Shown piece by piece: positions 57,998 to 64,000 of a stretch of 64,000 nt of DNA. The notes below the pieces were generated by a model. It was not told the DNA's origin and did not search any database. It worked only from the letters and a program-made list of their open reading frames with translations. Positions within the stretch are counted from its first letter, which is position 1, and the number at the start of each line of letters is the position of its first letter. This DNA comes from Spirochaetota bacterium. GTDB taxonomy: Bacteria > Spirochaetota > UBA4802 > JAFGDQ01. The translations under genes were made by a program, and so were the position numbers. The stretch is taken from contig JAZDKB010000003.1 in assembly GCA_043803405.1 (NCBI GenBank), positions 1 to 64,000 of the forward strand, written 5' to 3'.

Positions 57998-59371
57998 ATG
58001 ATGAGATCACTTTTTTCCGGTGTTTCCGGATTAAAAAACCATCAAACCAGAATGGACGTAGTCGGCAACAATATTTCCAATGTAAATACTTACGGGTTTA
58101 AAACCAGCAGGGTAACTTTCCAGGATATGTTGTCGCAAACAATTGCAGGCGCAGCGAAACCGGAAGAGAACAAGGGCGGAGTTAATCCAAAACAGGTTGG
58201 GCTGGGAATGACCATAGCATCGATCGACAGGCTCTTTACACAGGGAAGCCTGCAGACGACCGGGAACCAGACCGACATGGCTATATCGGGAGACGGATTC
58301 TTTATTACCGGGAAAGGCGATAAAAAATATTATACAAGAGCAGGCAATTTTACTTTGGACAAAGACGGCTCGCTCGTAAGCCCGGCTAACGGCTTAAGAG
58401 TTCAGGGCTGGATGGCTACACGAAATGAGAAAGGCGAAAAAGTTGTAAATACATCCGGAACAGTTGAAGACCTGGTTGTCCCCATATACGGTAAAGTTGA
58501 AGCGAAAGAAACGACATACTTAAAATATAAATGCAATCTTGATGCCAAAATGCCGGTGCTGCCTCCGAACGCTACAGGCGCAATGAGGGCTTCTGCCGGC
58601 GTTACGACAAACATTGATGTTTACGACAAACTGGGCGACCCTCACAGGCTGACCCTCACGTTCTGGAAAACAGCGCCGAATCAGTGGACAGCTTCGGCAG
58701 GCATAACCGGCGCACTCGGCCCGGTAATGCTCGACGTGCCTGCTGGCGCTAACCAGGCCGACCAGGCTAACACATCCAACAGAATGAACCTGCGCTTTTC
58801 TCCTGAAGGAAGGCTTATTTCCGTCGCGGACGAAAGCAGTCCGGACGAACTGAATCAGGGGAGTCTTGGGGTCAATTTTAAATACAGAATCGCGGGCGAC
58901 CCGACTGTCAGGACAATCAACATGGATATCGGCAAAGCCGGACTGGTTGAAGGTATTACCCAGTATTCAAGCCCTTCTACGACCAAAGCTGTTGAGCAGA
59001 ACGGCTTCACAATGGGATACATGGAAGCATTTAATATAGACGATTCCGGCGTTATTACCGGAGTATATTCAAACGGTACAAAAGAGACAATCGGACAGGT
59101 CGGTATGGCTGTGTTTAATAATCCGGGCGGCCTTACCGCGAACGGCGAGAACCTGTTTGAGACATCGAACAACTCAGGAATGCCGAACATAGGAGCCGCT
59201 TCCGAAGCAGGCAGAGGGAAGATAGTAGCAGGAACACTGGAAATGTCGAACGTTGATCTTTCTGACCAGTTTACGGATATGATCATTACTCAGCGCGGAT
59301 TTCAGGCTAATTCGAGAACAATAGTTACATCTGATCAAATGCTTCAGGAATTAATTAACCTTAAGAGATAA
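57998..59371 (+). CDS. flgE: Flagellar hook protein
   Basis: MMRSLFSGVSGL.NHQTRMDVVGNNISNVNT, YTRAGNF and LEMSNVDLSDQFTDMIITQRGFQANSR. Confidence 0.97.
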   Translation: MMRSLFSGVSGLKNHQTRMDVVGNNISNVNTYGFKTSRVTFQDMLSQTIAGAAKPEENKGGVNPKQVGLGMTIASIDRLFTQGSLQTTGNQTDMAISGDGFFITGKGDKKYYTRAGNFTLDKDGSLVSPANGLRVQGWMATRNEKGEKVVNTSGTVEDLVVPIYGKVEAKETTYLKYKCNLDAKMPVLPPNATGAMRASAGVTTNIDVYDKLGDPHRLTLTFWKTAPNQWTASAGITGALGPVMLDVPAGANQADQANTSNRMNLRFSPEGRLISVADESSPDELNQGSLGVNFKYRIAGDPTVRTINMDIGKAGLVEGITQYSSPSTTKAVEQNGFTMGYMEAFNIDDSGVITGVYSNGTKETIGQVGMAVFNNPGGLTANGENLFETSNNSGMPNIGAASEAGRGKIVAGTLEMSNVDLSDQFTDMIITQRGFQANSRTIVTSDQMLQELINLKR

Positions 59372-59382
59372 AGTCTGATTAA

Positions 59383-59435
59383 GAGTGCTTTCTAAAATCC
59401 ATTTGATAATTATTATCGGATTTTAGGACGCACTC
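59383..59435. terminator. Long hairpin between convergent genes (possible bidirectional terminator)
   Basis: GAGTGCTTTCTAAAATCC / GGATTTTAGGACGCACTC, a 16/18 inverted match, with an inner GATAAT/ATTATC stem. Confidence 0.6.
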
Positions 59436-59436
59436 A

Positions 59437-60702
59437 TTAATCGATAATAACAGGCAGCATAATTTGCGCCAGCACACTGCTCTTTGCCCGGTTCTCAATA
59501 TGATCCTTTACATCATGTATTAAAAAAATTCCCCCGTGCTTCCTTGTTATATTATCAACAATCGTCAGCCCCAGGCCAAGGCCGATTTTTTCAACTTTCT
59601 GAATGCTTTCATCAGGCGGCAGAATTCTGAAAAAAGGTTCAAGAACAAGTTTTTCGTATTTTTGAGGTATTCCGCCGTAAGGATTCTCAGTTATTTCATT
59701 CATAGTGCAAATCCACAGGTAACCTTCTTTTATAAATGAAAAGAGATTTATAGTGCTGCCATGAACCGAATATTTATACGCATTAATAACAAGTTCTTCT
59801 ATTATCAAAGTTAATTTCTCGAGATTAATATTCAAATTACAGTTTGTTTTAAGTTCAGGGTATGTTATTTTTAAATTTTTTTTCTCAAGATAAGGTACAA
59901 CATCTTTTACCATTCCGGGAATAGCCGATATCAATACTGCTGAATTTGTTACATCAAAAGCAAAAACATTCTCAAGCAAATTTGAAATCTCGTGCAGCCA
60001 TTTAAGCTGCTCCGTGCACATTTCATAATTATCGATAAGAAGATTAATCATTTCTTTATCTATTGAATATGCATTGCCCTCGTCTTTTTTTGCATTATTA
60101 ATAATATCGATAATAGTAAGCAAAGAACCGAAACCTTTCCCCTGTGTCAGGGAAGTCTTAAGATTATAAATGGATTTAATTTCAGCATATTCCTTTGCAG
60201 CAACTCTTCTGTCCTCTTTATAATTCAGCCATTCCAGATGATTCCTGATTTTTAAGGAAGCTGCATTCGATAACTCGGCTTCCATATCTCTAAGATTTTT
60301 GTATTCCAGGCTTTTTCTAATAACCTTCTGAAACAGATCCGGATCCAATGGTTTAATTAAATAATCAAAAACACCCAATTTCATAATATCTATGATCGTA
60401 TCGGATGAATCAAGCGCAGTCTGGACCAGTATTACAGCATCGGGAATTTTTTCTTTAAGCTTTTTAATAAATGTCTTCCCATCCATTACAGGCATCATTA
60501 AATCCACAATATAAATGGAAAAGGATTTTTTTTCCATAAGTTCCAGTCCCTTCTGCCCGTTCTCGGCAATTTCGCAAGGAACATCCATATTTCTGCACAA
60601 CTCGTTCAGCAAATCCTGATTTTCCTTTACATCTTCCAGAATTAATATAGGGGCTTTAATACTATATTTACTGATAACCATATTCCCGTTTCTGGCAGCC
60701 AT
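59437..60702 (-). CDS. REC plus atypical histidine-kinase-like (HATPase) protein
   Basis: REC domain (ILED, VDLMMP, QTA, KP), N-box ELVINAYKYS and G2 GLGLGL; no recognisable H-box. Confidence 0.8.
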   Translation of the reverse strand: MAARNGNMVISKYSIKAPILILEDVKENQDLLNELCRNMDVPCEIAENGQKGLELMEKKSFSIYIVDLMMPVMDGKTFIKKLKEKIPDAVILVQTALDSSDTIIDIMKLGVFDYLIKPLDPDLFQKVIRKSLEYKNLRDMEAELSNAASLKIRNHLEWLNYKEDRRVAAKEYAEIKSIYNLKTSLTQGKGFGSLLTIIDIINNAKKDEGNAYSIDKEMINLLIDNYEMCTEQLKWLHEISNLLENVFAFDVTNSAVLISAIPGMVKDVVPYLEKKNLKITYPELKTNCNLNINLEKLTLIIEELVINAYKYSVHGSTINLFSFIKEGYLWICTMNEITENPYGGIPQKYEKLVLEPFFRILPPDESIQKVEKIGLGLGLTIVDNITRKHGGIFLIHDVKDHIENRAKSSVLAQIMLPVIID

Positions 60703-60823
60703 TATTTTTCCCCTGTTTACAAGCCGGTTTATTAAGTAAAATACATGTCACTTATCAGATCGTTTATAAGATCAACCTGTCGAAAAAATATTTTAAACAA
60801 GCAACTATAAATTGTCCGTCAGT

Positions 60824-62398
60824 TCAGTTTATTATCTGGGACGTTTCAATAACCGGAATTGATATAGTAAACGTAGTTCCCAGTCCTTCAATGCTCTTTA
60901 AAGAAATTGATCCGTTATGCGCATCGATTATTTTCTTTACAATGCTAAGGCCTATCCCTGCCCCCTGCCTTTCCCTTATTAAACCATTCTCACCCATGCA
61001 AAATGCTTCAAATAACCGATCCTGAACTTCTTTTTTTATTCCTATACCGTTATCTGCTATGTCCACTTCTATAGATTTATTTTTTCTGCGGGTGTTTATC
61101 TTAATATGCCCGTCATCCTTTGTAAATTTTACAGTATTGGATAACAGCTGAAGAAACATCTGCTCCAGCCTGCTTTCATCACCAAGTATAAGCGAATCGT
61201 TATTCTCATTTATATATTCTATTTTCCTGTTTTGAGTTGCAGTTTTCTCTCTAAAAATATTGATACAGGAAAGCAATACTGAATCTATTCTTGTAGGTTT
61301 TTTTTCGAATTTAATTTTTCCCGAATCTATCCTTACAAGGTCCAGTATATTATTTATTATCTCAAGCAATCTCATACCGGAATTATTAATATTTTCCAGA
61401 TATTCGCCGTAAGTGTTACTGTTGTAGCCGTTTTTCATTAATTTGGAAAATCCGATTATTGAGTTAAGCGGGGTTCTTAGCTCGTGGCTCATATTTGCTA
61501 TAAATTCGCCCTTTGCCCTGTTGGCTGTTTCCGACATTTCCTTTGAACACATAAGCTCAAATGTACGTTCTTTAATTAATTCTTCAAGGTTATCGCGATG
61601 TTTTTTTAATTCTTCCTCCCCTGCCTTGCGCTCTGTTATATCCCTGGAATTGACTATTACACATGATACGATCCCGTTTTCGTTCACCACAGGGCTGAAC
61701 TTTGATTCCAGAGTGCGCCATAATCCGGTTTTAAGTTTAAACCTGTATTCCTTAACCAGAAAAGAATACAGATTTTTAACCAGTCCTGTATATTCAGTAA
61801 TAAGCTTTTGTTTATTATCAGAATGAACAAAATTAAAAAAATTCTCGCCAATAAGTTCTATAGGTTCATACCCGAACTGGGATTCAATGGAAGGGCTTTT
61901 GTATAATATTATTCCGTCAGTATCGATTATGCTTATTATGTCGGACCCGTTTTCAACCATCATTCTGAACTCTTTTTCTTTGCTGAGCATATTCATTTCT
62001 GTTAATTTCCGCTCAATGGCAAAATCGATCGACTTCTCCAGCAAGTTAGCGTTAAAGTCTCCTTTAACCAGATAGTCCTGCGCCCCAAGAGAAATCGCCT
62101 TTGGGCCGATCTCATTAGTGTATGCTCCGGTAATTACTACAATGGGTATCCCCGGCCTTTTTTGATTAATAACCTGCAATGTGTGCAGATTAGTGCTGTC
62201 CGGCAGATTCAAATCCAGAAGTATTGCATCAAAGTCTTTCGTATCTAATTTCGATATAGCCGATGAAAGAGTTTCTGCATGTTCAACAATATATGTGTAT
62301 TTTATTGAACTTGAAAACATATCGTGCAATAAATAAATAATTGATTTTTGATCCTCAACAATTAGCACTTTCAGGGTCTTGGCCGGAGCTTCTTTCAT
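60824..62398 (-). CDS. Hybrid sensor histidine kinase (REC-PAS-HisKA-HATPase)
   Basis: LLDLNLPD REC domain, PAS domain, MSHELRTPLNSI, DNGIGI and GAGIGL motifs. Confidence 0.93.
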   Translation of the reverse strand: MKEAPAKTLKVLIVEDQKSIIYLLHDMFSSSIKYTYIVEHAETLSSAISKLDTKDFDAILLDLNLPDSTNLHTLQVINQKRPGIPIVVITGAYTNEIGPKAISLGAQDYLVKGDFNANLLEKSIDFAIERKLTEMNMLSKEKEFRMMVENGSDIISIIDTDGIILYKSPSIESQFGYEPIELIGENFFNFVHSDNKQKLITEYTGLVKNLYSFLVKEYRFKLKTGLWRTLESKFSPVVNENGIVSCVIVNSRDITERKAGEEELKKHRDNLEELIKERTFELMCSKEMSETANRAKGEFIANMSHELRTPLNSIIGFSKLMKNGYNSNTYGEYLENINNSGMRLLEIINNILDLVRIDSGKIKFEKKPTRIDSVLLSCINIFREKTATQNRKIEYINENNDSLILGDESRLEQMFLQLLSNTVKFTKDDGHIKINTRRKNKSIEVDIADNGIGIKKEVQDRLFEAFCMGENGLIRERQGAGIGLSIVKKIIDAHNGSISLKSIEGLGTTFTISIPVIETSQIIN

Positions 62399-62718
62399 AG
62401 AAATTCTTTATATACACAATATCAGTAAGTTAGTTTTAAAAGTAATCTTTTAATTTCCGGAAATATCCATGAAATGGCTTACATGAAAATTTTCAGAGGC
62501 ATCATTTATAAATTGAATTATATCCCAGAGCTGTAAAAAAGTCAAAAAAAATATTGAAATGAATTTTTATATTAAAAAATATTTTTCTGGTTGAAAACCG
62601 CATATATAATATTAGAAGATTTATTATTTGTATTTATTTAATAGCCTATATATTAATTTATCCGATTATGAATTATTTTGTATTACATATAGCGTTTAAC
62701 GAATATTAATTTAGAGCC

Positions 62719-62801
62719 TGTCATTTCGAACGCATGTGAGAAATCTAAAATTTATTTCATATTAAGGATTTCTCAGTCGCTATCGCTCCTTCGAAATGAC
62801 A
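62719..62801. repeat. GTCATTTCGA-type palindromic element
   Basis: Perfect outer stem TGTCATTTCGAA / TTCGAAATGACA and inner stem TGAGAAATC / GATTTCTCA. Confidence 0.75.
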
Positions 62802-62879
62802 AATACACTATTTCAATCGTTAACATCTGTAAGATATTTTAGCAACAGGCCGGGACAATTATTTATGGAGAGCAGTCCA

Positions 62880-63335
62880 ATGGACGATAAAATTTTACAA
62901 ATAGCAACCAACAAAAAAGCCAGGTTTGAATACGAGATATCCGATACGTTTGAGGCGGGTATTGTTTTGACAGGCACCGAGGTTAAGGCTCTGCGGATGA
63001 AAAAAGTAAATATAGAAGACTGTTACGCAAGGATAAATAACGGGGAAATATTTGTAATCGGCATGAATATTTCCCCTTATGAGAAAGGGAATCGTTTTAA
63101 TCACGAACCCGAGAGGGAAAGAAAAATGCTGATGCATAAACATGAGATCAGAAGGCTTACAGGAAAGTTAAAGGAAAAAGGATTTACACTTGTCCCGCTT
63201 AAGATGTATTTTAAAAACGGGAAAGTAAAGGTTTTACTGGGTCTGGGGAAAGGGAAAGCGAAGTATGATAAAAGACAAGCTATTCAGAAAAGGGATATGG
63301 ACAGAGAAATGCAGAGAGAGTGGCGGAACAAATAA
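62880..63335 (+). CDS. smpB: SsrA-binding protein
   Basis: NKKARFEYEI..TFEAGIVLTGTEVK, NHEPERERK and GKAKYDKR motifs; start re-called to the ATG at 62880. Confidence 0.97.
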   Translation: MDDKILQIATNKKARFEYEISDTFEAGIVLTGTEVKALRMKKVNIEDCYARINNGEIFVIGMNISPYEKGNRFNHEPERERKMLMHKHEIRRLTGKLKEKGFTLVPLKMYFKNGKVKVLLGLGKGKAKYDKRQAIQKRDMDREMQREWRNK

Positions 63336-63342
63336 ACTATTA

Positions 63343-64000
63343 TCAATTCATTATTTCAAAAATTGATGGGGCTTTATCCTTAAGGGAATCTATCATTTCA
63401 AAGAATTTAACCGAATCGACTATATAATAATTACCGGAATATTTTATCACAGCTTTGCCGCAGCATTCCCCCTTGAGTTCGTAAGAGAACGGGATTTTCC
63501 GTGCGTATGACTTTTCGTAATCAAGACCCCAAAAACCGTTCCTGTTCTCGAAAAGCAAACCGGATGAAAAAAATTCAACATCCAGCAGATTTTCGAATTG
63601 AAACAGATTCTTTATTTTCATAGACGGGACAGACAGTCTTGCCAGTACGTATTTTCCTGCATTCCCTGTAATATAATACAGTTCATTATACCTGAGCAGC
63701 AGTTTATTGGAGCTTAAACTTAAATTTTGTATAACTGCCGAATTGCTGTTTAAATCGAAAATATTATAGTTATATTTTCCTGCTATACCAACAGCAGTGC
63801 CTAATAGATTTCCGGCCCTGTACATATACACTTCGTAGCTTTCTTTATCGGAAAACGAATTGGATTTATCGGGCATTAATAGTCTTTCAGTATCGGTAGC
63901 CTGGTCGTAAATAAAAATTCCTTTATTCTTATAATAATATATATTTTCGCTGCTGATAATAAATGCCTTAATTTGTTTATCATCCGGTGTAGGCCCGCAT
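63343..64000 (-). CDS. Hypothetical protein (partial; 5' end beyond window edge)
   Basis: The reading frame of ORF 63343..63876 stays open to the window edge on hand translation; no family recognised. Confidence 0.6.
   Translation of the reverse strand, partial: CGPTPDDKQIKAFIISSENIYYYKNKGIFIYDQATDTERLLMPDKSNSFSDKESYEVYMYRAGNLLGTAVGIAGKYNYNIFDLNSNSAVIQNLSLSSNKLLLRYNELYYITGNAGKYVLARLSVPSMKIKNLFQFENLLDVEFFSSGLLFENRNGFWGLDYEKSYARKIPFSYELKGECCGKAVIKYSGNYYIVDSVKFFEMIDSLKDKAPSIFEIMN

Noticed and set aside
62399..62718. tmRNA or tRNA near smpB
   Set aside because: The region is very AT-rich with no tRNA-like ends or T-arm motif.
62796..62879. N-terminal extension of SmpB
   Set aside because: The upstream ATG lies inside the palindromic element; family similarity begins near 62880.

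Overview
A bacterial chromosomal window, most likely from a spirochaete. The FlgE N-terminus and a spirochaete-style lipobox suggest Spirochaetota, possibly Leptospirae-like; this is inference, not a database assignment. The first 14.9 kb is a minus-strand nitrogen-acquisition locus. It holds a Group II-type Mo-nitrogenase cluster (nifH-nifI1-nifI2-nifD-nifK-nifE-nifN-nifB, a [2Fe-2S] ferredoxin, a LeuA-like synthase in the nifV position and a GNAT gene), followed by amtB-glnK and a partial TorF-like porin gene. Both units start at sigma54 (-24/-12) motifs, and each has a pair of ACA-N4-TG(T/A) sites 172-173 bp upstream rather than canonical NifA boxes. The nifK/E, nifE/N and nifN/B spacers carry copies of a GC-rich palindromic element, two of which form about 93% identical 192-bp direct repeats around nifN. 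The rest is mostly housekeeping (hemC, cobA-hemD, hemB, hemL, pepA, rnr, comEC, lolA, lysS, rfaE2, dinG, malic enzyme, pcrA/uvrD, trxA, fliK-flgD-flgE, smpB). It also includes c-di-GMP and two-component genes (some degenerate), two VapC toxin-antitoxin pairs flanking pcrA, several odd hypothetical proteins, and at least five families of short intergenic palindromic repeats. I saw no rRNA, tRNA, CRISPR array, integrase or transposase.
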